Below the pieces are notes generated by a model. It did not search any database. It was not told where the DNA came from and saw only the letters and a program-made list of their open reading frames with translations. Shown one piece after another: positions 49,880 through 61,418 of a stretch of 64,000 bases of DNA. Both the position numbers and the translations under genes were made by a program. The DNA comes from Williopsis jadinii. Lineage: Eukaryota. The stretch covers positions 1,426,001 through 1,490,000 of the forward strand of contig AP024664.1 in NCBI GenBank assembly GCA_024346625.1, given 5' to 3'. Positions within the stretch are counted from its first letter, which is position 1; every line of letters starts with the position of its first letter.

Positions 49880-52800
49880 ATGGAGAACAACGTGACGAGC
49901 GTCACCAACCCCCCGAGACCACCTCCGGTGGCTCGCACCGGACGTGTTGACGAGGTGGAGGGCGACATTGTACGACCAGATGGTGATCGTTTGAGCAAGC
50001 GAAGCGGTCGCGGTGATGATGGGCGCAACAGCTCAGGCGGGATAAGCAGTAGCATCGATGCAGAAAAGCCGGCTCAGATGCCCGTACGATCACCAGGAAG
50101 AGCATCGGACGATTTGAACGCGATAGGCAGGGTTGGTGGCACGGAGAAGGAAATGTCCGGCGCTGAAGACAACAACGAGCAGGACAGTTGTCAGGTAGCG
50201 GGCGTGGAGTCGAAGACAAGAGGCGGCGATAAGACGATGGAGACTGGTAGCGGCAAGGAACACGAGTGCTACGAGCTAGGCTTGCAGAGCGACGAGCTGG
50301 AGGATGGTGATGATGATGGATACCTTGCGGTACCCAACCAGATGCCACCACAGCTGATGCAAAAGCTGAGCAAATTCCCATTATTCAGAAATGCACCTCC
50401 AGCTTTCCACAAGGCCATAGCTGGTAGGCTTAAGCTCATGACACACCACGCCCAGGAGTACATTGTGAAGTTTGGGGAGCCGGCGAAGTCGATGTACTGG
50501 ATACTAAGAGGCTCTGTGGCGTTGACGTCCCCAGACGGTGAAGCTGTACACGCCGAGCTAGTTGCCGGGCAGTTCTTTGGAGAGATTGGAATCCTGTTCA
50601 ACAGGCCGAGAACAGCAACGGTGATTGCACAGACAAAGGTTCTGCTGGGTGTTTTAACGGCAGAGAACTTCAACGCTGTGCTCCCTGATTTCCCTGCTGT
50701 TGAGAGAACGATCCGTGACGAGGCCCAGGAGAGACTCTCCATGCAAGACAAGAGAAAGAAAAATGGATTATCAAACATTATCAACACTAAAGCAGTCGCC
50801 CCTGTGATTGACGCTGACGACTTGGACACAGCGGCATCCGCTGTCGCCATAGCGGCTTCAACCTTGCCAGGTCCCTCGGTACCACCGATGATGAGGAGAT
50901 CACCGTCACCACCAGAGTTCACTGGTGATGTTCTGAGTTCGTTTGGAAATGAAAGTTATGACTGCTTCTTACCGCAAGTTCACGATAACGTTGACCAGTC
51001 GATCCCGACAAGAGACTTCTTGAGGGGCTTACCGATGTTCACGTTGCTGCCCTCAAATATCATACACGAGCTAGTTCTTGGGGTTGAACCAAGGAGATAC
51101 GACCCGTTCGAGTACATTGTGCGAAAGGGTGAATTAGGAAGAGACATCTACTTCATCGTGAATGGTGAGGTTGAAGTGCTGGCACCAAAGCGATTTTCAT
51201 TGGATGATTCAAATGGAGCCAAGGAGAAGAAAGTTGACATAGTGCTTGGAAGGCTGGGACAGGGCCAATACTTTGGCGAGATGGCATTTCTCCAATCCTT
51301 ATCAAACGATGGCGATAGGATCGAAAGAAGTGCTGATATAAGAACAGTCTCAACCGTTGATGTTGTAGTGGTGACAGGTGATCAACTGGAGGGACTGTAC
51401 GCTCGTTATCCACAGATTTGTGATGAAATGCGTGAGACTGCGAGAAAGAGAACAGACAAGAACAGAGATCAGGAAACAGAGGAGATTGAATTACAGGCAT
51501 CTCCATTTGGGAAATGGAGAGGGTTCCAGTCTTCAGTGACATCAAGAAAGACACAACCAATATTGGCCACTACCAATAACGACACACCAATCGGGCCAGC
51601 AGATAGCACCACTCATACGGGTGCTCATATCGCTTCTTCAACTACTGCTGCTTCATCAGCACCTAGCTTGAATGCATATCGATTGAAACCATCCTCGTCA
51701 AGCACACTTGTTGACGATACGTGGCCACCATTCTCGAAGAAGAGGGTGCACTCTCAGATATCACCTAGCGACTTACCTCTTAACATCGGCTTACCTCCAA
51801 TGAACCCAACAGTCCCATCAGTGAACCAGTTCCCTTCGCATCAACGACCACATCCGTTCCACTATATGGATCATGCGAAGAGACTTAGATTGGCGCCGAT
51901 AGCAGGCCGTCGGAGATCTTCACTGTTGAGTACTGGTGTATTGCCTGATCGTGTCCTCCTGAAAGTGTTTTCTACGCTTAAACTTCATGAGTTGATGAAG
52001 TTAAGACTGATTTGTCGTAGATGGAGACAACTTCTGTACGTTGCACCTGGCCTCTTTGAGAAATTGGACCTCACACAATACAACACATCGATCAATGATA
52101 AGGCACTGATCCAGATAACAGATTTTGTTGGCTCAAGACCCAAGGAGATTGACATCTCTAACTGCTTCCATGTCACAGACGTTGGTTTGTCGTACATGGT
52201 GAATGAAATTGGCATGAGTGGATCTATTCGAGTTATCAAAATGAGTTCAGTATGGGAGGCAAGTGCCATGGCCATTATGGATATTGCAGTTCAAAGCATT
52301 GGGCATCACATTGAAGAGCTGGACTTATCGAACTGCCGTAAAGTTCGAGATGACGTTATAGAACGCATCGTTGGTTGGAAAACGCAGCCCAACTCGAACG
52401 CTGTATGGAATGAACAGTCGTATGTTAACGATATTGACAGTCCGGAGTCATCTGTGGGATGCCCTAAACTGAAAGTGTTAAGTCTGGGTTATTGTAAACA
52501 TCTCACCGATCGGTCAATGTATCACATTGCAATGCATGCTAATGACAGGATAGAGGCATTAGATATTACACGTTGCACAACCATTACCGACGCAGGGTTT
52601 GCCTATTGGGCGTATCAACCTTTCTCCATGTTGAAGAAATTGAAATTGAATGATTGCACTTTTCTCAGTGACAAGTCGATTGCAGCTATTGCCAGCTCTG
52701 CTCAGAACCTTGAAGTTTTGGATCTCAGCTTTTGCTGTGCGTTGACAGACGTTTCCATCGATGTGTTATCTCTTGGTTGTCCAAATTTGAGGTACTTGGA

Positions 52801-53089
52801 TGCATCATTTTGTGGGTCGGCAGTATCAGATTCGACTTTACTGACACTTTCCATCCATCTAAGGCATTTGCAGTCACTTGTGATCAAGGGATGCGTAAGA
52901 GTTACGAGGGCTGGTGTCGATGCCTTACTTACAAATAGCACCAGTCTGACGTATTTGGACATTTCTCAGTGCCGCAATGCTCACTTTTATAGTGATTCTT
53001 CACCAGGAATACCATTTCAACCAAGACCAGGTTCAAGATCCGCATTTATCAGCACCGCCAACGCTAAGGTTGTTGAGATAGTTGTTTAG
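49880..53089 (+). CDS. Protein with two cNMP-binding domains, an F-box and leucine-rich repeats
   Basis: FFGEIGILFNRPRTATV and YFGEMAF..RSADIRT; F-box LPDRVLLKVFSTL..LRLICRRWR; repeated LDLSxCxxLTD LRRs. Confidence 0.9.
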   Translation: MENNVTSVTNPPRPPPVARTGRVDEVEGDIVRPDGDRLSKRSGRGDDGRNSSGGISSSIDAEKPAQMPVRSPGRASDDLNAIGRVGGTEKEMSGAEDNNEQDSCQVAGVESKTRGGDKTMETGSGKEHECYELGLQSDELEDGDDDGYLAVPNQMPPQLMQKLSKFPLFRNAPPAFHKAIAGRLKLMTHHAQEYIVKFGEPAKSMYWILRGSVALTSPDGEAVHAELVAGQFFGEIGILFNRPRTATVIAQTKVLLGVLTAENFNAVLPDFPAVERTIRDEAQERLSMQDKRKKNGLSNIINTKAVAPVIDADDLDTAASAVAIAASTLPGPSVPPMMRRSPSPPEFTGDVLSSFGNESYDCFLPQVHDNVDQSIPTRDFLRGLPMFTLLPSNIIHELVLGVEPRRYDPFEYIVRKGELGRDIYFIVNGEVEVLAPKRFSLDDSNGAKEKKVDIVLGRLGQGQYFGEMAFLQSLSNDGDRIERSADIRTVSTVDVVVVTGDQLEGLYARYPQICDEMRETARKRTDKNRDQETEEIELQASPFGKWRGFQSSVTSRKTQPILATTNNDTPIGPADSTTHTGAHIASSTTAASSAPSLNAYRLKPSSSSTLVDDTWPPFSKKRVHSQISPSDLPLNIGLPPMNPTVPSVNQFPSHQRPHPFHYMDHAKRLRLAPIAGRRRSSLLSTGVLPDRVLLKVFSTLKLHELMKLRLICRRWRQLLYVAPGLFEKLDLTQYNTSINDKALIQITDFVGSRPKEIDISNCFHVTDVGLSYMVNEIGMSGSIRVIKMSSVWEASAMAIMDIAVQSIGHHIEELDLSNCRKVRDDVIERIVGWKTQPNSNAVWNEQSYVNDIDSPESSVGCPKLKVLSLGYCKHLTDRSMYHIAMHANDRIEALDITRCTTITDAGFAYWAYQPFSMLKKLKLNDCTFLSDKSIAAIASSAQNLEVLDLSFCCALTDVSIDVLSLGCPNLRYLDASFCGSAVSDSTLLTLSIHLRHLQSLVIKGCVRVTRAGVDALLTNSTSLTYLDISQCRNAHFYSDSSPGIPFQPRPGSRSAFISTANAKVVEIVV

Positions 53090-53205
53090 CAACTGCCATG
53101 GTGCTTGAGGTATTATATTATTAATGAATTTACGAGTTTAATGAGAAGACACGTTATGCCACATCGGCTACAACGAGTTTTGTAGATTATATTGTAAGAT
53201 GGAAA

Positions 53206-54387
53206 TCAGTACACAGCAATGTAGTTGTGTATACGTTCCTTTTGGTCCTGGGCAATACACTCTGCAATCCATGTGATGTTTCTAACCTCTTGCTCTCTTG
53301 ACTTTATCCATGCCCAGATAGTGGAGATTGAGAACTGTTGTGTGAATGCATCCCTGCACAACTCCATTTCAAGTTGGTAGAAATGATCCTCCAAGGTTTT
53401 ACCCCCAACGTTATCAAAGAAAGATCTGTACTCGTACACGTTCTCAACAATAGTTCTAATCTGCTCAAAGTCCTCAGCCTTGGCCAAATGTAAAGTTCCT
53501 GTTGGGTACAACTTACCAAAGCTTGGAAGGATACTCTCCTTCTCAGAAGGGCTCAAACCAGTGCTTATAGAGTTGAGAGAGATGTTGATTGCACGCTTGT
53601 CCGCTTCAAATTCCAGCAGAGTTTTCATCACCGTGGCAGCTGGGTCTGGTTGACCTGCGCAAAATTGATAGAAATCTTCCAAGTAAGCCTTGTACAGCTT
53701 GTTTCTGATAATCTCAATGTTCAAGTCGTCCAAATCTTCAGCAGTCAAGCAATCTTTGAAGTATGGGGCCAAAGGTGTATCAACAAGCACAGTTTGGTAA
53801 AGCGAGTCGATATCAGTAGCAACGCTCAACGTTGGCAAAGTTTCAAACCAACCCAATGGATGACATCTCTCCAGGATTTCGGCCTTGTCTCTGTCATGGA
53901 CAGTTCCAGTGATCATCAAGGCCACATTATCAATCATGTACCCATACGTGATGTAATCCATAAACTGTGCCAATGGTTGAACTGCCTGGTCACGGATGTA
54001 CTGGAATTCCGCATACAGCTTCTCTGAAGCCTTAGCCTGGATCTGTGAAGTGGCTAATGGTGATGGAACATTCGCAAGGAAGTTACCATAATCAGTTGAA
54101 GAAAGCTGAAGCTTCAAATCGTCCAAAGTCTCACATTGCGTAAGGTTAATGTACTGGTTGTTTGTCAACAAACCATTTCTATAACCACGGACAACACCTT
54201 CGATAAAACCACTAGATAATCTCCAGTTAGTACACCATTGCTTACAGGGGAGCGTCCGCCAGTGTTCAATCAGCCGGTCTCAGCGTAAAGTGGAACAAGA
54301 AACCACACATCGCTCAAAACATCAGACCAATAACAGCCAGCAAACTTCATAAACTCACTTATCAATGTTGAAATAAACACCTTCCAT
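53206..54387 (-). CDS. VMA6: V-ATPase V0 subunit d; complement(join(53206..54211,54359..54387)), 344 aa
   Basis: Spliced start MEGVYFNIDN/GFIEGVVRGYRNG. Intron 54212-54358 has GTGAGT, TACTAAC (54226-54232) and TAG. Confidence 0.95.
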
Positions 54388-54671
54388 GTTTGATATGATC
54401 CTTATTGAATTTGACTTGATGGACTGGAAGTAAACATCAAAGACGAAGTTTCAAGACAGCGAGAGCGAGGGAAATAGGGAAACCCTTTTGGCTGCTCCAG
54501 CTACGATTGTTTTGGTACGCGCCACATTTAAAGAATGATGTGCGGATGTTTGGGTGTCCGGGTGGTTTCTATGAGTCTTCGGGTGATTCAATGGTGGTGT
54601 TGTTGTTGTTCTTTCGAGACAGTTTGGAGGTGATCATAGTAGCTGTACACCCGTGTATAGGCCTTTGAGCA

Positions 54672-56357
54672 ATGTCACATTCAGGTGAGATTGATACTGC
54701 TTCGTTGGATGTTCTTCTACAAGAGCTTTCTGGGGATTTGCCCAAGGAAGTGTCCCCCTTGTTAGAAGATGAGGAGCTTCGTGGTGAGATCCTCAGGTAC
54801 CTTAACGACATCAGTTGCATTGATTCCAAGGAGTACTTGTCCTCGGTGCCCCCAACTCCCGCGTCAGGCTTCTTCACGCAGGAGGATAGAACTCTTGTAC
54901 AGGATATTGCCGAATTAGAGGCACAGGGTCGTTCAATTGAGACACAACTGAAGAGTTTGATTGTTCAATCACAGGAGTCGATTGTTCAAACAAAGACACA
55001 GCTGAACGATGCAGAAGTGTTGTTTGAAACTCAATTCAGTGCCATTTTCAACTCAATTTGGAGAACGTTCAATGAAGATGAACTTGAGGAGGTTAAAGAT
55101 CAAGATCAAGAGCTATACTCGCTTGAAACTGATCTGAATCCAGAGGATAACGATTCGACGTTTCAATCTGTCGTTGCCAACGTGAAGAATTTAATACACG
55201 AGAATGATGAGACGAACAAGAACCTTTCCATTGTATTGGAGAATATGGATCAGATCATCAACATCCTGGATCTCCCTTCTCTTACTGGGCTATGTGTAAA
55301 GGCTGGTTACTATGCGGAGGCCCTTGAGATTAGTTCCTATACGAGAAGATTGGCTATCAGATTTCCATTTAGCGATCTGATCAGAGAAGTCGAATCTGGA
55401 ATTAAAAATGAAATGTCGCAGATGCTGATTGGTCTTATTAGGCTGTTGAGGACAAACTTGAAGCAGTCGTCGATCATCAAAATCATGTCATATCTGAGAA
55501 GAATCCCACCATTTAGTCAGGTGAAGGATTGTGATAGTCAGTTGAAACGGATTATGCTTCATACTCGGTATCAATTCATCAAGTTGGAGTTAGAGTCGTT
55601 GAAGCCTTTGAATGAAGGTGGGATGCATGAGAAGTATCTCAAGAGAAGCATTGAATTGATTAGAGAATATGGGTTCAGTTCTATTATGACGTTTAAAAAC
55701 GTGTTTCCAGATAATGTTGCAGATGAGATGTCGTTAGTTAAGATTGAAATTGTACCGGAAGAGGAAGAAGGGAAGGAAGACAAAGAGGAGGAAGACAAAG
55801 AGGAGGAAGACAAAGAGGAGGAAGACAAAGAGGAGGAAGACAAAGAGGAGGAAGACAAAGAGGAGGAAGACAAAGTGAAGAAAGAGGAGGAAGAGAAGGA
55901 AGAGAAGGAAGAGAAGGAAGTGAAGAAAGAGGAGGAAGAGGAGGAAGAGAAGGAAGAGAAGGAAGAGAAGGAAGAGAAGGAAGAGAAGGAAGAGAAGGAA
56001 GAGAAGGAAGACAAAGAAGACAAAGAGAAAGAACAACCTTTGATCAAGTCTCCGCACGAAAGAGACCCCTCCAACATTCTTCTCTTCCAGTTCGTCAATC
56101 ATATTCTCCTCGAGCTCATCACATCACTGCAGAGCTCCCTCCCACTCGTGTCGGAGACTTCAATACGTGACAGGCTATACCTACAACTCATATACTGTGC
56201 ACAGTCGCTCGGTAGAATCGACTCCAACTTTAGTGATTTGACCACAGCTTTATTACTCAATGCCAGAACACAGGACAACTCCGCGTTCCTAATGGACCGC
56301 AAAGTATGGAGAAGAGCATCACACAAGCAAAGACAACTCGCAAATACTTTCAACTGA
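54672..56357 (+). CDS. COG8: COG complex subunit 8 (Dor1) with an E/K repeat insert
   Basis: ILDLPSL..CVKAGYYAEALE, LIRLLRTNLKQ and LYLQLIYCAQSLGR; synteny with TCB3, RPL6 and FPR3. Confidence 0.88.
   Translation: MSHSGEIDTASLDVLLQELSGDLPKEVSPLLEDEELRGEILRYLNDISCIDSKEYLSSVPPTPASGFFTQEDRTLVQDIAELEAQGRSIETQLKSLIVQSQESIVQTKTQLNDAEVLFETQFSAIFNSIWRTFNEDELEEVKDQDQELYSLETDLNPEDNDSTFQSVVANVKNLIHENDETNKNLSIVLENMDQIINILDLPSLTGLCVKAGYYAEALEISSYTRRLAIRFPFSDLIREVESGIKNEMSQMLIGLIRLLRTNLKQSSIIKIMSYLRRIPPFSQVKDCDSQLKRIMLHTRYQFIKLELESLKPLNEGGMHEKYLKRSIELIREYGFSSIMTFKNVFPDNVADEMSLVKIEIVPEEEEGKEDKEEEDKEEEDKEEEDKEEEDKEEEDKEEEDKVKKEEEEKEEKEEKEVKKEEEEEEEKEEKEEKEEKEEKEEKEEKEDKEDKEKEQPLIKSPHERDPSNILLFQFVNHILLELITSLQSSLPLVSETSIRDRLYLQLIYCAQSLGRIDSNFSDLTTALLLNARTQDNSAFLMDRKVWRRASHKQRQLANTFN
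55757..56033 (+). repeat. Coding purine-rich repeats (15-bp GAAGACAAAGAGGAG and 9-bp GAAGAGAAG units) in COG8
   Basis: Encodes (EDKEE)n and (EEK)n runs. Confidence 0.9.
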
Positions 56358-56722
56358 ACAAAACAAACGTCTCAGCAGTATAAACCTGTAGAAGCTAAAC
56401 GACAAACAGCAAAGTAACCCTCCATCGCCCACAGCCTGGAAAGCCCGCTCCTGTCGGGTTGGGCCACTCAGTGTATGTTTTTTTTTTCTAGGCTCAAGTT
56501 TCAGTTTGGGCAACACCCGGCACGCGCAAGGCTCAACTTCTTGGGAGGAAAACAAGCCCAAGTATGGGCTTCTCGCTCGGTGTGCGGTGGGAATTTCATA
56601 TAAGTTTAGCAAGAGCCAGGCTTTTCCTCCGTCTAAGGTCGCATCACAAACCCCCTTTAACTCCTTAAACGTGCAATCACCAAGCAATTGTTCGCAGTAC
56701 GGTATAGGCAAACTGGCACAAG

Positions 56723-59700
56723 ATGGCACAAGTGAGTCTGAACAGCACTGCCCTCTGGGATTTGTACTAACGCTACGGTTGCACCTAGGACACAGCGCTG
56801 TCTAACGGCTCTGCACTTGCCGGTAGTAATCCGGCAAGCAAAACAACAACAACAACAACAACAACAAAACCAGCGGCGGTGTCGAGCAATGGTGTTGGTA
56901 ACGCTGAGGAGGTGAAAAGATCAGAGACTGATCTCTCCAAGACCAACAGCGTTGCCAATGGTGTGACTCGGTCCAGCGTGGAGAAGCCAATCAAGCAAAC
57001 AGCAACCAAGGATGAGAAGGCCACTGTTACCGAGACAAGAGAAGTTGTGCTTGAGAGGTTCCCTTGGAAAAACATTGGTTCCTTCAACGAAGGAAAGAAG
57101 TTCGACAGTTCTTATGTGACTGATTCTTACTTGATTAAACAGTTTGTCACAGAGACCTTCCGTGGGGATTGGTATTGGAATGTCGTGTTAGTCGTTGGTT
57201 TATGCTTCTTCTCATGGCTCATTGCCAGGGTTAGGTTTGGCTTCTTTGGGTTCATCTTTGTACTGCTGTGCGCTTCTTCTGTTTACAGAGCGGAGTACCG
57301 CCGTTTCGAGAGAAACGTGAGGGATGATATTCTCAGAATCAATGCCAGGGAGAGATTGGAGAAGAAGTTTGAAACTATGGAATGGTTGAACAACTTTTTG
57401 ATGAAATTTTGGGTCATCTATATGCCTGCTCTTTCAGAGACAGTGATGACAATTGCCAATGAAACATTGAAAGATTTGGCACCTGGTTATGGTATTGATG
57501 CACTTTCGTTGGATGAATTTACTCTTGGTTCAAAGGCCCCAAGAATTGACTCGATCAAGTCCTACACAAAGAAGGGAAAAGACATTGTTGAATGGGATTG
57601 GGCCTTCAGATTCACCCCAAATGATACTTCGGATATGACAAAGAATGAAATTGACAGAAAGATTGATCCAAAGGTTGCATTGGGTGTCCGTGTGGGTAAA
57701 GCTATGATCTCTAAGAAGTTACCTATTCTTGTTGAAGATATGTCAGTGAGTGGAAGGGCAAAGATCACCCTGGAGCTTTCTGAAGACTTCCCTCATATCA
57801 GACTCGTCTCTGTCTCTATCCTGGAACCACCAGAGATTGATTTCAGTTTGAAACCAGTTGGTGGTGACACTTTTGGACTCGATGTGATGTCATTGGTTCC
57901 TGGTTTGAAGACTTTGATCAAGACCTTGATCAACAGTAACGTCGGTCCAATGCTATATGCACCAAACCAGTTGGATGTTAACGTTGAAGAATTAACGGCT
58001 CAGGCCGTCCCAGAAGCCATTGGTGTTGTCGCTGTAACCACAAAGGGTGCAGACTTCAATGAATCAATTACTCCATATGTACAAATCTCTACAGGCGGAG
58101 ATTTGACAAAATATTCTCGTACAGACATCAAGACAAAGTCCAATAAGGCTTGCTGGAATGAGACGAAGTACATTCTGGTTAACTCTTTGAGCGACAAGTT
58201 AAATTTTGACGTTTACGACTTCTCCATGGAGAAGAAGAAAGGATTACTCTTTGGATCTCATGAAGTGGAGCTAGGAACCCTTTTGCAAAGAGATGATCTT
58301 CTAGACCAGAAATTCCCAATTGAATTGGCTGGCAAAAAGAAAGGAACGATTAACTACGATATTCGTTGGTTCCCGACGCTCTCCTCCAAAGATGACACTG
58401 AAAAGGAAGAAGAGAGCAAAGAAACCGAGACTCCTGATTCAGATGTTGGTATCTTCAAATTTACGCTTCGTGATATTAAGGGATTGAATACTTCTGGAAC
58501 TGTAACAGGTAAGTTGAATCCAAAGGCAGAATTGCACTTGAACGGTGAGTTGGTTAAGGAATTTAGAACTTTGAAGAACGCCAATGAACCTTCGTGGGAA
58601 GCGACAACAGAAGTTTTGGTTACAGAAAAGACTCAATCACTTGTGGCATTGACAATAACCGATACTGGCGCACGCGACGGTGTTGTTATTGATTCATTTA
58701 AGGACAGCTTGGAAAACTTAGCCTTTAATTGTGCTGAGGGTAAAGACGTCTTCACAATGGATAAAGGCTCGAAAGTTCGTCTTAGTGCAGTATGGAAGCC
58801 CCTTTCATTGAGTGGCGCAGGCTCTACTCACACTCCTCCAATCGGTACTCTTAGATTGCACCTTAGAAATGCCGAGCAGTTGTTAAACTTGGAAACTGTC
58901 GGTGATGTTGATCCTTATTGTAAGGTGCTTCTTAGTAACAGATTGAAATATCAGACTGCATTCCATCCTGATACGTGCGAGCCAACATTCAACGAGCTTG
59001 TTTACATTCCATTGACTTCTACAAGTCAACACGTTAGCCTGGAAGTTATGGACTACCAAAAGGTTAGTAAAGATCGTTCGCTTGGGTCAGCGATCATACC
59101 TATCTCTCAGTTCATCAAAAAAGACTCAAATGGTAACTTTTTGTTCCACGATGGATCCAAGGATATTCTCTCTGCCTCCTTGAGCTTGAAAAAAAAGAAG
59201 CCTAAGGGAACAATCTATTACTCTGTTTCTTTCATACCTGCAATTCCAGTTTATTCCTTGGCTGAATTGAATGAGCTTGAGGAACAAGAGAAAACACTTG
59301 CCTTGACCAAAAAGCAAAGAGAGGAAGAAGCAAAGGGATGGGAAGAACTTTACAAGAAGTCTCCAAATGATTATGAGTGGATTGAAATCGAAGACAAAGA
59401 GCAGGCCATGTTGTCCAAGAAGGAGAAGATGTCGCTTGATCAACTTTTGACATACAGATCCGGCTCTCTGATCATTCATACTGTCGGTGGTAAGCTCAAG
59501 AAGAATGGATCATTTTTGCAGGTTCTTGTGGATGACCAATCGTCGCCATCCTTTGTTTCTACCAAGAGTGCTGGTACCAAGCTGGACAACCAGTTTGGAG
59601 AAGCTTTTATTCGTGATTTACCAAACTCTACTTTTACTATAAGAAACTCTAAGGGTCGTGTTGTAAAGGATGAAGAAGACATTTTGGCCCAAACTACCCT

Positions 59701-61006
59701 GAAGACTATTGACCTGCTGAAAAATGGATTCGATGCTCCACGTACAATTTCTTTTGAGGGTGCCAGTGTGACTATCCAATTTGAATATCTACCATCTGCT
59801 ATAAAGTTACCACCTTCTGAGACTATTCTCGATACCGGTAAAGCGAAGATTGAGTTCTTAGACGCTCAAGGTTTGAAGAGTGCTGATAGAAATGGCAAAT
59901 CTGATCCGTTTGTTTCTGTCATGCTTGGTGATATCGAATTGTTCAAATCTAAGGTTGTGAAGAAAACCCTCAATCCTACCTGGAATGAAGGTACTACTTT
60001 ACCATTCATGAGTAGATCAAGAACTCAAATGCAGCTTAAGGTCATGGACTGGGATAGGGCTGGTAAAAATGAGTTGATTGGTGAGACAAAACTCGATATT
60101 TCTGGTGTTCAACCGCTTACTTCTGAGACTGTCACCTTCAAACTCCATCCTCAAGGTACTGTTCGTGCCAAGGTTACATTCTCACCAGAGTACATTCGCC
60201 CAAAGGTTGGAGCAAAGGAGTTTGGTCTGAACATGTCCTACTTGGCCGGTGCACCACTCAAGGGTGTCGGTGCTGCCGCTAATCTTGCTACTGGTGCTGT
60301 TGGTGCAGGTGCAGGTGTTGTCGGAGCAGGAGCAGGTGCAGTCACTGGAGGGGTTGGTGCTAGTGCAGATCTTGTCTCTGAAGGTGTTGGTAATATCACA
60401 AAGGGTGGCTCTTCATTGATCAAAAGTGTTCTTGGTGGAAAGAAAAGCCACAAGGGCAGACCGTCTATGGACGAATCATCATCGTTGAACGGGGATGCCA
60501 AATCAGTGAATTCCAGGGCTACGGGACACGGTTCACAGAGTGCAATTGCGTCTGCTATGGAGCAACAACACCAGAGAACAGCCTCTCAAACAACAACGTT
60601 TACACAAGCAGCCAAGGGTAAGAAATCTACCGAAGGTACTTTGATAATTCATAATGGTAAGAACCTCGGAAAGGAGGCTCAGTTGAAGGTGTCTCTTGCA
60701 ATCAACGGTACGTTAAAAACTATCTACAAGACAAAGAAGACCAAAGCTACTAGTGGAGTCATTAGATGGGATGATGAGGTTTCCTTTGATGCTCCAAAGG
60801 AAGCTGAGGTTGTATTTGGAGGTGTTGTTCATCACACATTTTCAAAGGACACCGAACTAGGAACTGCTACGATAAAACTTTCTGAAGTTATCGATAGCCC
60901 ACGTGAAATTACTTTGTCATTGGGCCAAGGTGAGATCAGTGTCAGTTTCAGATACTCGCCGGACCCTGATGAGCCTACAGACCCAGCTCCACCAGCGGAT
61001 TGGTGA
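56723..61006 (+). CDS. TCB3: Tricalbin (SMP plus C2 domains); join(56723..56731,56789..61006), 1408 aa
   Basis: ETMEWLNNFL SMP domain and several C2 domains (SADRNGKSDPFV). Exon 1 ATG GCA CAA plus intron 56732-56788 (GTGAGT..TACTAAC..TAG) restores an ATG start in frame. Symbol assigned by synteny. Confidence 0.88.
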
Positions 61007-61161
61007 TTGTGTGACTTTAAAACGGATTATATATTATGTTTGTTTCTCTTGATTGCAATTACTGTGTATATCTATACGAATTTATCAAATGTTCAAATGT
61101 GTTGATAGTGTAGCCCCATTGTTCGTTGTTATCCTTGAGATTTCATAGTTCAGCAGCAAGA

Positions 61162-61317
61162 ACATCCGAACACCAATAGAAGTTGTGACTGCGTGTGGCA
61201 TTCAGACTTCGCGTATTTGAAGGATTATCGATATTAACGGTCTGAAAATTACGCTTGAAATTACTCCTGTTTGGGCGTTGCTCGGGGTAAATGTCAGAAT
61301 GATGCCACCCAGACACC
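61162..61317 (+). promoter_or_regulatory. RPL6 promoter: two Rap1-like sites and a Homol-D box
   Basis: ACATCCGAACACC at 61162-61174, TGTGACTG at 61184-61191 and CACCCAGACACC at 61306-61317. Confidence 0.6.
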
Positions 61318-61418
61318 AAGGACTCACAGGTCGCGGGTTGTCCAATTATCTTCACATTCTGTTCAACCGGAGCCCATGCTAGGGTGAAGCATTGAAGGTT
61401 AAGAACATCGTATCAAAA

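Noticed and set aside
61306..61317. Telomerase RNA template
   Set aside because: It lies about 100 bp upstream of the RPL6 ATG in a short intergenic region; a Rap1 site is the simpler explanation.
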